This document shows, in pieces, positions 1 to 14,005 of a DNA stretch of 64,000 nucleotides. Both the position numbers and the translations under genes were made by a program. The notes below the pieces were generated by a model. The model was given only the letters and a program-made list of their open reading frames with translations. It had not been told where the DNA came from and did not search any database. Positions within the stretch are counted from its first letter, which is position 1, and the number at the start of each line of letters is the position of its first letter. Origin of the DNA: Microbotryum violaceum (Eukaryota); assembly GCA_001244265.2 (NCBI GenBank), contig CDLV01000010.1, positions 806,001 to 870,000 of the forward strand, read 5' to 3'.

Positions 1-1303
1 GGCTTGGGCGTAGACGTCGTCAGCGACGGTGACGTAGCCGTCGGGGGACATGACGGTCTCCTCGACACCGGTCCCGGACCAGTCCATGCAGGGCACTTGG
101 GCCGACTGCGCGACGATGGTCGAGCTGATCTTGTCACCCAACGAGCGCATCGCCGATCCTGGCGGTCCGATGAAGACGATCTTTTGCTTCGAGGCAGCGA
201 GGGATTCGGGGAGGCGCGGGTTCTCGGAGGCGTGGCCCCTATTGTCCAGTCACAGCGAAGGAACAACGAGGCGGATCGGGAGCAACCACGGTGGTGGGAA
301 GCGATATCGGGAGGGAGCATTGCAACGCGACTCATCAGCCACGTATCAGACTGCAACACAGCCAGAAATGCATCGAGCATCAAGCCAGCGGCAGATCCCC
401 ACTCACCACCCGGCCCATACGGCGTGCACGGCGGCGCGCTCAGCGACATCGACGATGACGTCGACGTTGGCGTAGTTGTTGTTGTTGGTGCCACCAGGGA
501 CCTCAACGTATTGATCGGCCATGCGGATGTAGTCGGCGTTGACTTTGAGATCCTCGGGGGTGGCCATGACGGTGAACTCGATCGCGCGCTCGGACCCAAA
601 GGTCTCGTAGGCCCACTTGCGGATCGAGCGGATCTCCTTGACGGCAGCGATACCTATAGGAACGTGCAACGAGTGGAAATGACGATGCTTTAGTTCCAAA
701 TCCTCGGGAAGGTGCGCGCGGACCGACGCGAGCACTGACCATTGTTGGCGATCAAGACCTGATTCGGAGAATCGGTTGGGGTTGTGGAGTGGGCACGAGG
801 CGGACGAGCGAGAGGCGATCATCACTGTCAGTGGTGCAGAAGCGAGTGCGGAGGTTGGTGAGTACGATGCCACTGACCTTGGTAATAACGGTGTGACCAC
901 CCCTTGACCTGACAAAGTCGGCAACACGACTCGGTGCGGCGACGTCGAGCGAGTGTCCACCTGTCACCCCCGCGACGCCGACGGAAATGTGCGAAGCCGA
1001 GTGGACGAGGCAGCGCCAGCAGTCACAGTCAGGCCGAGAGCGCAAACGCAAGACGAGATGGAGGGAGTAACAGAGTCAGCAGGTGCATGCTGTATACACA
1101 GAACGGAGCCAGCTTGCCCACCCACCAATGAAATGTTGCACCTTGGCGTGCTCAGCGGCGTGCGCATCCGGCGCAGGTGCAGCAATGGCCGCAGCCGAGG
1201 ATGATGCTGCTTGTTGGGTGGGGGCGGAACCGGTCGAAGCGGTGGTGCCGTTGGTCGACTGGTGCGACGATCCACCACTCAGCACCGACTTGATCGCATC
1301 CAT
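1..1303 (-). CDS. ACC1: Acetyl-CoA carboxylase, 5' part (biotin carboxylase domain); runs off the window start; spliced
   Basis: Spliced translation MDAIKSVL...HFIG|GHSLD...[34 protein letters not shown]...[23 protein letters not shown]...[18 protein letters not shown]...[23 protein letters not shown] is the fungal ACC1 N-terminus; GT-AG introns, e.g. 961-1125 and 239-406. Confidence 0.97.
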
Positions 1304-2073
1304 GATCAAAATCGAAGCGGAGAGAGGAGGGCAAGGGTGATTCTGGAAATTATTCCGAGAAGAAGAGGGGGGGTGGGGGGTGGAGGATGAGAAGCTACGC
1401 AACAGAGTTGGGTCGGCCCGACTTTGGACTCGGGAATCTCAAGCAACCGCCCCGTCTCCGCACGCGGGCCAGCGCGGGCGACGCTTGGTCTCGGAGAGTC
1501 GAGTCCCCAACTCGAAGTCTCGAACCCGCAGGCGCTCCCCTGCGCTCCCTAACTTTCGGTCGCAGTTGGGCCACGTCAACCACCCGGCCAGTCCCGACTT
1601 TAGTCTGCCAGCAAGGGCTACAACGGTTCAGAACGTATACGCTACAACCGTCAGAGCAACTGAAGGCAAATTGGGCCGGGCCCAAGCAAGCTCTCGACCA
1701 CAGTGACCATACATTTCCCGTGTCCTGTGGACCTGTATTCCGGTGACGCTTCATCCAGTCGACGACGACGCAGAACCCCAGGGTCACCCGAGCGGACTGC
1801 GCGTCGGCGCGCGATTGCGAAACCGGCGGCAAAAAGCCCCTGTCTCTTTCTCACCGGCGGAAACGATTCGGCCGCCACCAGGAGATGCCCGACTCGCGCC
1901 TTTCAAACCTTTGCCATTGCATTTCGAGTCCACTGAAGTGAGTTTATCCTTTTCGTCCTTCCGTGCAATGATACCCAACGCTGAGTGAGCTCAGCCCGGC
2001 TGTCGCCGAAACCTCATTTCTCGACTGGTCCAGATCGGGATTCGAGATTCGATCCACTCATCCCTCCCCGAGG

Positions 2074-3106
2074 TCATATTCCAAAGCACTTGTTCAACTC
2101 CTGCGCAACCCGTTTCGGATCTTCAATCGCAATCCAATGTCCCACACCTTCAAGGACAACTTTGCTCGCCAGGCCCACAGAGCGCTCGGTCGATCTCGGC
2201 GCATTGATCTTGCCCACAATGGCGTCGATCATCTTTTCATCACTGAGATAATCCTCCGACCCTCCAATAACGACCACTTTGCTTCGGATCTGGGTATAGT
2301 CGGGATCTTGGGCGCTCGCTAAAGCTTCACACGCAGCGGCATAAGCTTGGGGGTTCGTTCCGAGCACGAGCGCTCGAATCAGTGACAGCGTCAAGGGCGA
2401 CTCTTTCTTGGTGCGCGAAGAGGTGGCGGATTCGGCGATTTTGGAGACAATAGACGAAAGCCCGGATGAAGATACGGTCGCGGCTCGTTGTCTCATGACG
2501 GCTTTGGTCGAGTCGAGAAGGGCCGACATGGGGCCGAGAAGGACTGATATTTTACGCGAGGGATCAGAGGCGGGACACGGGACACGGACGGCCGAAATCA
2601 GCTTCCATCGCCACCCTATGTGAAGCCACGCCAAGGGGAGCCGTAACGTTGTCCTTACCGAGCTTCTCGACCTTTTCGGGCCACTTGCTCGCGAAAGTAG
2701 TTGCGACCAATCCACTCATCGAATGGGCGACGATTCCTCTTGCGCTCTCGACTCCAAAATAATCCATCAATTCCTTGAGATCATGGGCCAAGGAATCGAT
2801 CGACAGAGAGGTTTGTAAGGGCGAAAGTCCATGGCCGTTGAAGTCGTACGAGATGAGTCGAGAAGTGCTTTGCGAGAGCACGGCCTCGTAGAAGGTATGG
2901 GATGAACCCAGGCCGTGGAGAACTGTGAGAAGGCCCAATACGGTAGTATTTAGAAAACCGCTGAACTGCAATCGTGCCTCTACTGCCGAGAGAGGGAATT
3001 GAGACTGACAGAACACGGTCGGAGCATCGGATCTGGGGCCGTTGATGACCGAGACGAACAGTTGCCGCCCGCTCGGGTGCAGCGTCACGACGCCTGAATC
3101 GACCAT
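2074..3106 (-). CDS. Alpha/beta hydrolase, 3-oxoadipate enol-lactonase-like; 2 introns
   Basis: Joins ORFs 2564..3106 and 2074..2715. Motifs LHGLGSS (oxyanion), DFNGHGLS, AHSMSG (nucleophile), GGSED and GVGHW. The fold is clear; the substrate is inferred. Confidence 0.8.
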
Positions 3107-3379
3107 GGCTTAGGTGTTATAGTGGCAAATAGAGAGGGAGGAATGTGGTAAACTAAGAGGGAAAGACTATTGTTCGCACCTCTCGTTCGGCGTCATGATG
3201 GGAGCCGGAAATGAAGCTCGACGGAAACCACTTCCCGAATCGACCAGCGTCGACCCAAGTCGATCATGCATGATGCATCATGCATCATGTGCCAAATCGG
3301 CAAGTCGCCCCCGCTCCGCACGCGCGTTTGAACTTTGGGTCAAGTTCTCTCCACACCTGACTGGGTACACGGCGCAACC

Positions 3380-3988
3380 ATGGCCGACGAAACAGTCAGT
3401 CCCAGCGCAATCAGCGTGCAGTTTGATTGTTGACTGATCTACTCTTCTGTGACCATCAGAAAACAATCTACGTTGGAGGCTTCTCGAGCGAGACCTCGGC
3501 CACGACCTTGGAGTCGGCGTTCCTGCCGTTTGGTCAAGTCGTCGACATCCAACTCCCCCCCGACCCCGTCAACAGTCAGTCATGCCAATGCCATCGAGAC
3601 TCGTCACTGTCCATCTGACCCAATTAGTGCTACCTGTGTCTGCTCAGAATCGCGCCACCGCGGCTTCGCGTTCGTGTCCTTCTCCTCGCTCGAATCCGCG
3701 CTCGACGCGATCGACAACATGCACCAAAACGAACTCACCGACCCTTCCAACAAGGGGAGAACCCTCAAAGTCAACATGGCCAAACCGCCCAAGGGACTCA
3801 AGCCCGGTATGGGCAACAGAGCTAGTCAGTCCACCGCGCCCAGTTGTGTGTCACCCACCACCTCGAAGGGAGCCACTGATCGGTCGGCCTTTTTTCTTGC
3901 AGTCTGGACCGACGAGGCATGGATCAAAGAACACGGCATGCAGTCGATCGAGGACATGCATCAGCAAGTCGGCACCGCCGGGCCGTGA
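3380..3988 (+). CDS. Single-RRM RNA-binding protein resembling the RRM of cyclophilin E/Cyp33, with no PPIase domain; 3 introns
   Basis: MADET|KTIYVGGF (RNP2)...AFLPFGQVVDIQLP...RHRGFAFVSF (RNP1)...ALDAIDNMHQNEL...RTLKVNMAKP...AVW; stop at 3988. Confidence 0.85.
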
Positions 3989-4238
3989 GCGCGCCGAGTC
4001 ACCCACCACTCCTCCCAAGTTCCCGTTTCCGCGTTCAGTCGTCTATCACCACATGTTGTGCCAATACTACCCATCGAACACAGTTATGTGTTCTGTTCAG
4101 TCCTTTCTCTCACTAGGCAGATCCAGCAGCTCGTCCCCTGAGTTGAGATACATAAGCATGCATCGCATAGGCATCACAGCACATCAAAATAGTTACCTTG
4201 ACACACAATAAAAACAAGAATCGACTACGGCTCTCCAC

Positions 4239-6533
4239 TCAGCTCGTCACAAAGTACCTATCCCCAAAGCTCCCCATCCCCGGCAGGATCGCAAACACCT
4301 TCTTGGAACCCGACCCATCCTTTTTCTTCTCCCACCTTTCTTCCAACCCATCATCCGCAGCCGAACTGACGATCCTCACCCGTGGGAAAGCCCTCTTCAA
4401 TGCCCACACCCCACCGAGTTTGGAAACGAGGATCGCACAGATGATGATCTTGGCCTCGTCCACTCCGTGATCTAGTAAGACTCGGACGGCCATCAAGGCC
4501 GCGGCCCCTGTTCCGATTTGGGAATCCAGAAGCAAGACCCACGTCTTCTTGGCGGACTCTTTGGAGCGGGTTAGTGCCTGAGGTAATCGGATCGAGTACA
4601 GCAGCGGTTCGCCCGATTGGTCGTCGGATTGGATCAGCATCGACCCCACGGGGATCTCTCGCACGACTCGTCGAAGGCCCTTCTCGAGCGAGGCGCCAGA
4701 GCGAAGGATCGAAACGCCGACCAAGTGTCCGACGTCAATGTCCAGCTCTTGCCCAGTATGAAGCACAGAAGTTCGTGTGGTGATGGGCTTGGATCGGTAG
4801 GGGAGGAGGGACAGCGATCTTTCGACGACGAGCGTCGACAGTCGGTTCGCATAGAATAAAAAGTCTGCTGCCGGTGTCGAGCTGGACCGAAGCAGAGTGT
4901 GAATACCCTGCACAATCGGCATCAGGAAAGACGTCAGAGCTTAGAGTATAGGCAAGCACGTCGGAAGTTAGCTCACACTCAGCTGATTCGTTTGTTCCAT
5001 CAGCACCACCGTATCCGGCAACCCATCCTTGGACGCCAAGCGATCCACCGAGATCTCTCTACTCCGTTGGCTCACCAGTCCAGCTCCACCATCCCCATTC
5101 GTGCCGAGCTTTGCGTTCGCCCCTTCGGTCTCGACAAACAACTCCTTGCGCAGCTCCTGCTTTCTCTCGTCCAATTGTCGCCGGATGTGACCCGCGATCA
5201 ACTCGACAGAGATTTCGTTGTTCGATCCGGGGACGATGATGTCTGCGAATCGAGATGTGGGCTGAATATGGTTATCGAAAGCGGGCTTGACGAAGCGTAA
5301 ATATCTGTAAATATATGTACCATCAGTTTCAAGAGCGCGCACACGCATTCATCAGCATCGCACTCAACTGGTCCAAAACCCCGGCGGCATCCCGACCTCG
5401 CTCGACGAGATCCCGTCGTAAACGCCTCGCGAGCATCAAGTCCGAGTCGCACTGTATACCACTAAACGACTAAGCAACATCGTCGTAAGGAGATTATGTA
5501 GAAGAGAACGCACCTGAACAAAAACCTGTCGTTGATCGTTTACGATTGGTGACAAGTAGCAAAATCAGTTCTGGGTCGTGATAATTCAGGCTCCACCGAA
5601 TCATCCCCTCGTACTTACCTTGAGATCATAAACATCTCTCAGACTCTCGTGCAAAGCATGAATACCCTCGACGATAACGACTGTCGCGCCATAGATATAC
5701 GTGGTCTCGTCGGTCCTCGCATGCTTGGCGAACGAATAATTCGGCAACTGTACAGCTTCGCCAGCTCGTAATCGACCTAGGCAGTCCCGTAGGAGGGCTT
5801 CATCGATTGAGGTCGGGGAATCGAGGTCATGTTCACAGCGGAAGGCGGCGGAGAGCTCTTCGGGCGTTAAGGGCTTGTAGAAGGAATCTTGGGAGATGAC
5901 GACGACCCACCTGCAGCGGAGGGCGACAAGGGAAGCCCGGAGGTGTGAGCATATCGGTGAGGAGACTATGAAAGCGTGGAGGGTGGGACTCACGGTACGC
6001 CTAATTTCTTAAGTACTTCTGTAAGAAGCATCTCCATGACTAGTGATGAGCATCACCCACTCATCGTCCCCGGATCTGGAATGGGGAACGAGTGACTGAC
6101 CCTGAGCGACTCGAGTCTTGCCCGATGCAGAACCGCCTCCGATGCCAATGACGTATGCCGTTTGAACTCCTCCATCTGTCCAATGGAAGGGAAACAACAA
6201 GAACGATGATTTGGGTGATTGCGGGAGTAGGAGGAAACGCGGGGCGAATGAGGCTGCTGTCCTTCGCCGCCGCTGCGTTTACCCCACATGTCACATGGCG
6301 GGCTTGGGCTCCTCGAACGACCGAGCGAACCGATGAACAGCACTAACCCTTGTCATACCATGGTGGTCGACTGTTTCCAAGCGAGGGACAGAGATCCAGT
6401 CAGAACGCACGCAGTAGTAGGTCATAAATGCTTCAGATGAGACTGACCCAGCCTCGGTCAATACCGTGTTCTTGGGTAGGAGCGCGCTTTTACCGTTCGA
6501 GAGCAGAGGAGCAGGTGGGCCACTTCGAGGCAT
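4239..6533 (-). CDS. URK1: Uridine kinase with C-terminal UPRTase-like domain; multi-intron
   Basis: RPPWY..., P-loop IGIGGGSASGKT, ISQDSFYK, VIIVEGI, YLRFVKPAFDNHIQPTSRFADIIVPG; C-terminal UPRT-like GIHTLLR...DFLFYANRL...GVSILRSG...LLDSQIGTGAAALMA...PGMGSFGDRYF. Confidence 0.93.
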
Positions 6534-7374
6534 CGAGGAGGGGGAGATGCAGAAAGGGATGGGCGAAAGAGCAGAAGATATAAGTGAAGTAGAGCGGACC
6601 CGTCGAAAACGAGAGGGTTTGAGGGCTAGACGAGTGTTGATGTGGGAAAGAGCGTAGAAGAAGGCTCGTCGCCGCGGTCGATTGACGTTGCTCGCAGCCG
6701 CCTTCCACTTGCAGACGCGCCTTCCAGTGCTCCAACTCCGCACCAGACGGGCGAAAGAGACGTCTCGGAGCTAGCTGACAGCAGCTCGACACCCGTCGTC
6801 AGAACGATGGGACGAGCCCGGGGAGAGGCTAAACCAAAACAAGTGATGTTCGTCCATCGGAGACTTTCGTAAAGTTCGGTTGACGCTCAACCTCTATAGG
6901 CCAAAAAAAAACCAGGACTGGCCCCTTGAAAGAAAGGGGCTGCTGGCTCCCTAGCCCTCACGGCCCTAAATCCGGGCGACCGCGGTTGGTGGAACAGACG
7001 TCGCCCGTCCAGCCATTCGAAAATGCGGTTCAACTTCAGGCGGCTCACGGTCTCACGCACGAGTCCCCCATCTCTCGGCCGAGGTCGCCGTCACAGCGAA
7101 TTAGGCGTATGCCGGATCACAAAATCTCTCCATTCTCACGGTGTTGGGTAGCGATGGCTTAGTCATTACAAGCAACGACCGATCGACAGCAACCAATAAA
7201 AACAAAGAGCTGGCTCATGATATAAAGGGCGAAGCCCGTTCTCATGCCCAAGAGTGAAAAACGAAAATGGTGATGGCACGCCGACTCGATGCGCTCCTTC
7301 GCGAATCGGCGACGCCCCGAGGTGATGACGATGCCATGAGTCGACGAGGAAATTGAAGGGGTTCGAGGACACAT

Positions 7375-7894
<520 letters not shown>

Positions 7895-8198
7895 TGTATG
7901 TGAGAGGTTTGAAGACTTGGAGAGTGTAGAAGGGAGAAAGTGCTGGTAAACAGGATCGTCGGGTTCGAGGCGCGCGCGCGCCGACCTAGGTCGAGGCAGG
8001 TCATGTTTGGATGCGACGTCGAGGTGCGACTCGCCTTAAGCTCACATGTCGGCCTAACTCGAGGCACTCTTGTCAACAAACGAGCCCACACGCATCAAAT
8101 CCAATTGGCTCGCCTCCCTCCTGGCTCTCTCCCTCTCCCCATCTCGCGACTCTCGCACTCACTCAACACTCACCCCACCCAAGAACCTCTAAATCAAT
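7895..8198. promoter_or_regulatory. Divergent H3/H4 promoter region
   Basis: ~300 bp between head-to-head H3 and H4, the usual fungal arrangement; contains CCAATTGG (CCAAT on both strands) at 8101-8108. Confidence 0.7.
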
Positions 8199-8684
<486 letters not shown>

Positions 8685-9965
8685 ACAACCGGCTTTCGTC
8701 GGCATGGCTTTCACCTACGAGGTCGCGTCCTCGTTGTTGTCTTCACCAGCTTTGTGCTTTCGTCTTTCTACTCTATGCGGGGCTGCATCCTTTGTAGTCT
8801 TCGTACCATCTTTTTCACTCCATCCCGCCAAAGGGCTTTCACATGATCCTTTCTTGAGCAAAGCCTTGGGTGGGCCAGCATGATAAGCCTTCTACATCAA
8901 ACAGCGCATTCTGTCTGGTACATTTGCTCGTACAGCCTTCCCGCTGTACGGGTTGACTGGTTCATGCGCACCCACCACCCTTAGGCCTCCTGTCCAGGTC
9001 GGATCAACTGTTCGAGCCGTTGGCGCCCATGGCCAGTATAGGACGCGAGAGGGGTGTGTGTCTCTTGGTAGCAATATTATGTTCTCCCCAGAGATTTAGA
9101 ACTGCAGGTCAAGGAGAGACCATCACAAAAGCCTGACGGATCGTGCTCTAGTTGATCGGGAGAGCATCTCCGGTGAACCCGCATACCCCTGCTTTTCTCG
9201 GCAGCCCCTGCAGCAACCCGCAGTTCCCCCAGAGTTCCCCGGCCGGCCGCGCTTGCGCAAAGGCCACAATAAGCACATTTTCATTGTCTCGAGTGAAAAA
9301 GACTCCCTCCACTCGCCTTGCTCGGAGAACGCCAACATGACCGCGTACAGTGCCCACAAGGCCGCGGCAACATTTGGACCAAGAAGCTCGCGGCCGACCT
9401 TGAGCTTGAGGCCTTGAGGGCTTCACCGTCGTCGTCTTCTAGCTAACCCTGGCGCGGTCGCCACCGGCCTAACCGAGGGTGGCGAAAATTCCAAGACGCC
9501 GGCCAAGAACTATTGCGACCACATCACCAAAGCCCCAGAACGGCAAGTTCCTCGGCCCGCAAGGTCAAGTCATGCTCTGGGAATTTTCCCCTCCTCACCT
9601 CGGTGCTACTATTTCCTCGCATCGTTACCTGGCGCATGTGATCCCAAATATTCGGTATGGCGTTTACATCTGTGCAACCCTTGTGTTTAGATAGTCAGAA
9701 CCAAATGTGCAGAAACGCTTGTGCGTCCTTCTGTGATATGCCTCCTCTCTGTGTGTGCCCTCGCATCCCGAAAGTGAAACTCGGACAGTTCGCCGATTTC
9801 TGATTCGGTGCGGAAAGTGGTATCCGGGTTTCCCCTGGCTCCGTGACCCGGGGAGCCGTTGATCGAGTCTTTGCCTCTTGCTTTCTTCTGTCCTACTCGA
9901 CGTCCGGTATCCACCAGCCTCAAAATTTCCACCAGCACCACACTTTACTACTTGCTGCTTTGACA

Positions 9966-11582
9966 ATGTCGACGACAGACTATAGTGCCTACGTAGGTCC
10001 CACGTCGAGACCGCAATGGCCGTGCGGGGTCATCACCGCATAAGCACGGTGCCCCACATGCGACTCGAGCAGTACGCCGAGCGCGCGGACCCTCGCTGAC
10101 GTTTCTTGGCTAACCTTGCTCTTGCCCACAGACGCAGAGTGTGATTGATTCGATTGGCAAGAATGCCTCACCCCGCGTCAAGGAGGCGTTCCCGATCATG
10201 CTCAAGCACTTGCACGCTGCGATCATCGAGACGGGCCTGACGACCGAGGAGTGGCGTGAGTGCGGTGCGTCGGGATCGTACTTCGTGGCCCAAAAATCTC
10301 ATGTTGCGCTGTCATACTACCTGTGACCCCAGTTGGCACCTGTAATCTACTCATCGAAGCTGGTACGTAAAGCTCAGCCGAGTCGATCAGCGAGGCTCGG
10401 GCCCGAATCTCACTCGATCATCACTTTTCGCTCGCAGGCAAGGTTTCGGATGACAAGCGCAATGAGATGGTTCTAGTGACCGACGTGCTTGGCGTCGAAT
10501 CCCTTGTTGACATGTATGTTATCACGGAAAATCGGGGCCGAAAAAAAAAAACCCCCAAGCTCCAAAGCTGACGGATGTTCCTTCCTGCCGCTCGGTCTAG
10601 GTTGGAACATGACAAGTACGCCAAAGCCGGAGTCGATGCCACCCCTTCTGCCATCCTTGGTCCGTTCTATCGACACAGTAAGTCTTTTGGCTCGTTGTCG
10701 GATCGTCGGACTTGCTGCGACTAAACTGTCCTTCCCGCATAGGCGTTACCCCGCAGCCGATGGGGACTTCCATCATTCGTGAAAAGGAGCCAGGCGCGCC
10801 ATTCGTACATCTCTTTGGCACCGTATTCGGCAGCGATGGCAAACCACTGAATGGTGCAACCCTCGACATCTGGCACGATGTAAGCCCATTTTTCGTAACT
10901 GAACTGCTTGGCATGGCTGACAAGACTGAGCTGAGGTTTTTTTTTTCGGCGCTGCTTCAGGCTCCTGACGGCCTATACGATGCTCAGAGCCCGGAGAAGG
11001 CTGAACACCATTGCCGTGGTCGGTGAGTGCGGATACGACAAATTACGCCAACGAAATGCGTAGCTGACCAAGGTCATGCGATCAGCTTCGAGACGGGAGA
11101 AGATGGAAAGTACTCGTTAATCGCGCTCGGCCCGACGGCGTACCCGATCCCGTTCGATCACACTGCTGGTAAAGTATTGACGATGATGGATCGACACGCA
11201 TATCGACCTGCTCATATTCACGTGAGCTCAGAGTAGATGCCTCCCTCACGATAGTGGTCTGATGAGATGCGCTGACCTCGTTGTGATGGTCGCGTTCACA
11301 GTTTTGCGTTAGCGCTTCCGGTCACAAAACCCTGGTCACCCAAGTCTTTGACCGCAAATCCAAGTACCTCGACGACGATGCCGTCTTTGCGGTCAAGTGA
11401 GCTATTCGCAGTGCCAGTACTGGGGATCGAGCTGACGACGCTGTATCATGGCTCCCAGGGACTCGCTCATCGTCGACTTTGTCCCCGTTTCTCACCCCTT
11501 GCCCAATGGCGGTGAATTCGACGAGACGCCCAAATTGGAGCTCAAGTACGACATCACCTTGGCTTCCAACAAGCTCGAATGA
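9966..11582 (+). CDS. Intradiol ring-cleavage dioxygenase (catechol/hydroxyquinol 1,2-dioxygenase family); about 9 introns
   Basis: Spliced pieces: LKHLHAAIIETGLTTEEW, KRNEMVLVTDVLGVESLVD, SAILGPFYR, LFGTVFGSDGKPLNGATLDIWHD|APDGLYD (Tyr ligand), PTAYPIP (Tyr), YRPAHIH (His pair), LVTQVFDRKSKYLDDDAVFAVK. Confidence 0.92.
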
Positions 11583-11914
11583 AAATAGGCCAGAAGAAGT
11601 TGTTCGGGACAGACCATGTTCTGGAAGACCGAGATCGCTGGAGAAGGTTCTGCAGTGGCGGGTCGCTTGGTGCGGGAAACGATTTGAGATGATATACTTG
11701 AGTCGTGGTTCAATCTCAACTGTTCTTGCACATCTTCACCTTGTAATACCACCTGAACGATCCATTGCGTCATAGGGACTCAAGTGTTTGCGAGTTTCTC
11801 CGTCTCGGCTGGGTCCGAGCGCAATCTGCCCGTCCAGATTGACGGATCGCCCAGCGCGAGCTCACTTGTGGGTTGGACTTGCCCCTGTCAGCTTGCGCCA
11901 CCCACTCCACCACG

Positions 11915-13751
11915 ATGGCCTCACGCAACTCGTGAGCTCAGAGTATCTACTGAGGAAACATATTTTCGCTTCCTGACTGACCTTCCCTCCCCGCCGTTTG
12001 CACAGCAAAACGGACCTGATCGTCCGAGTGCGCTACCAGCAGAAGCTACCTCCGGTCAGTTGGCTGACGTTGTCCCGCGTCCCTGCCAGGTAGCTCCTCC
12101 TGACTTGTGCAGATCTGTACCTGACATCCCACAGCCACCATTCCCACCTCGACTGCTGCACATCCCGACGAGCCCACATCGGTATGCGGAGGCAGGTGCC
12201 CTCAACGCGCTCGCCTCGGAGCGGGAGGTGCCCATGATTCTCGACGGCGAACTCGGTCTTCCTCTCGAGATGGGCAAGATCCCCGATGGAGCTTATGGGG
12301 ATGGAGAGGAGGAGTACTGGATTGGGAATCGATCGGGTACGTGGTGCGGTGCTCTCGCTAGGCGCGGTGCTCTGACCGCGGCCAGCGATCTTGCTGCCTC
12401 CCCGCCGCATTGGGTTCAAAGAGTTGACCCAATATGTGTTCTACTTTCAAAAGCTATCGTTCCCACCGGTCCGGCACCCACACCACACGAAGACGACCTC
12501 TTCCTCCTCGGCGACGTCGCAGCGGCCGGACCATCCTCAGCCTCGTCGTCGTTCGTCGCAACTCCGGGCCACATCCCACCCGGGGGAGGGACCCCAGCGA
12601 TGGGCGAGAGGAGGAAGGTCGATGTCAGTTGGTTGAGGAGGACCGAATACCTCAGTTCGGATCCCGGGTCCAAGGTATTGACCGATAAGCAAGCACCGAG
12701 GTGAGTCGACCGACCCATCGGTTCAAGTCCTGCGCAGTCGCTATCCACCAAGCATCGCTCATCTCCCCGCCCCCCCCCCCCCCTCTTTCGACCCTTCCCG
12801 AAAAGTGCGCACAAAACGGACGAACCTCTTCTCGATTCGTTATCCCGAGACGCACGAGCCAAAACGATCGCTGCGACTTTCACCGCCGCTCATATCCCCT
12901 TGTCCGAACTGCGTCACCCTTCGAAAGCCCATCTCCGAGCCGAAGAAGCGTGGGACGTACTCCCCGACGCCGAACTCTGGCCCAATCAACTCAACCTCGT
13001 TCGATTTGGAGAAGATCCGGGAGAACGAGCAGAGAAGGAAGGGACCAATGGGGTCGGGACGGGTGGGGGACATGGGTTCTTGGACCCGAGATTACCGAGG
13101 GCGTTGTTCCGACCTGTCGAGTTGCCGGCGGATGATAACAGGGTCGGGTACTACTTGCCCGTTTCGGATCAGGTTGCGCAGGCGTATACGAAGAAGAGGG
13201 AGAGGGTACTGGACGACGACGACGAAGGGGAAGGAGGGGCGGACGAGGAGGAAGGCTTTGAATTCGTGCATGTGCGCGATTACGAGATCACGACCACCCG
13301 GAACTTGGTCGGCGAATACGTCTTTGTTGTCCATGACGGGCTCGGGAAGGAACCGGATCAGGGTGGTGAGACCGTTACTTCCACGGGGGAGAAGGAGGAG
13401 GAGGTCGGCAGTGCGGGAGGGGGGAAGAAGAGGGCCAGAGGGGCGTATTTCACGCCGGTCAAGATGGCGCAGACGTTGAGGAAACGACGACCAAGGGTGA
13501 GTTCTGCGCTGAGGGATCTCCCGGTTCACTCAAAGCTGATGGAGGGCGTCTTTCATCTCTGATTCTTTCAGCGAGGAGAAGACCCGACCGTATTCGCGCA
13601 TGACCCCGACCGGTCCGAGGAAGACCAGTTGGTATTCTGGGACAAGATCCAAGTCAAGGTCACGCCAATCGACGAGGTGTTGCCCGAAGCTGAGAAGGAG
13701 GACAGGGAGAAAGAATTGCGGACGGTGTTGGAACCACCGAGGAGGGTTTGA
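11915..13751 (+). CDS. PAF1: RNA polymerase II-associated factor Paf1; multi-intron
   Basis: KTDLIVRVRYQQKLPP|PPFPPRLLHIPT...D.ELGLPLE, VSWLRRTEYLS, ELRHPSKAHLRAEEAWDVLPDAELWPN and VRDYE are Paf1 family motifs; stop TGA 13749-13751. Confidence 0.9.
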
Positions 13752-14005
13752 AGGGTGCGTGTGGAACGGGTATTGTGCTGGGTGTGAAGTGTAATTGAAA
13801 TCAAAACTCGAAAAGGGGGCCCGTCTACTTTGCTGTGAGATGTAACGACGGGGTAGATGATTATTTGCGTAATGCCTACAGGGTGTGAGGCTAGGAACTA
13901 GGGTGGTAGAGTGGGTCGTGGGTCAAGTCGGATTGTTAAAGGACTAGTGGGGACTATGTAAGAGAAATCAAGATCGTCCTTTCTCGGAATAGGCAGGAAT
14001 GCGGT

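Noticed and set aside
1417-1601. CCCGACTTT(GG) words upstream of ACC1 matching part of the 24.1-kb hairpin core
   Set aside because: Only 10-11 nt matches, likely upstream of the transcript; compatible with chance.
8890-9700. Intergenic stretch with short ORFs, CTAACCCT (telomerase-template-like) and TTACCTGGC (U1-like) words
   Set aside because: The matches are short and incomplete, with no supporting structure or Sm site; the ORFs show no recognisable motifs.
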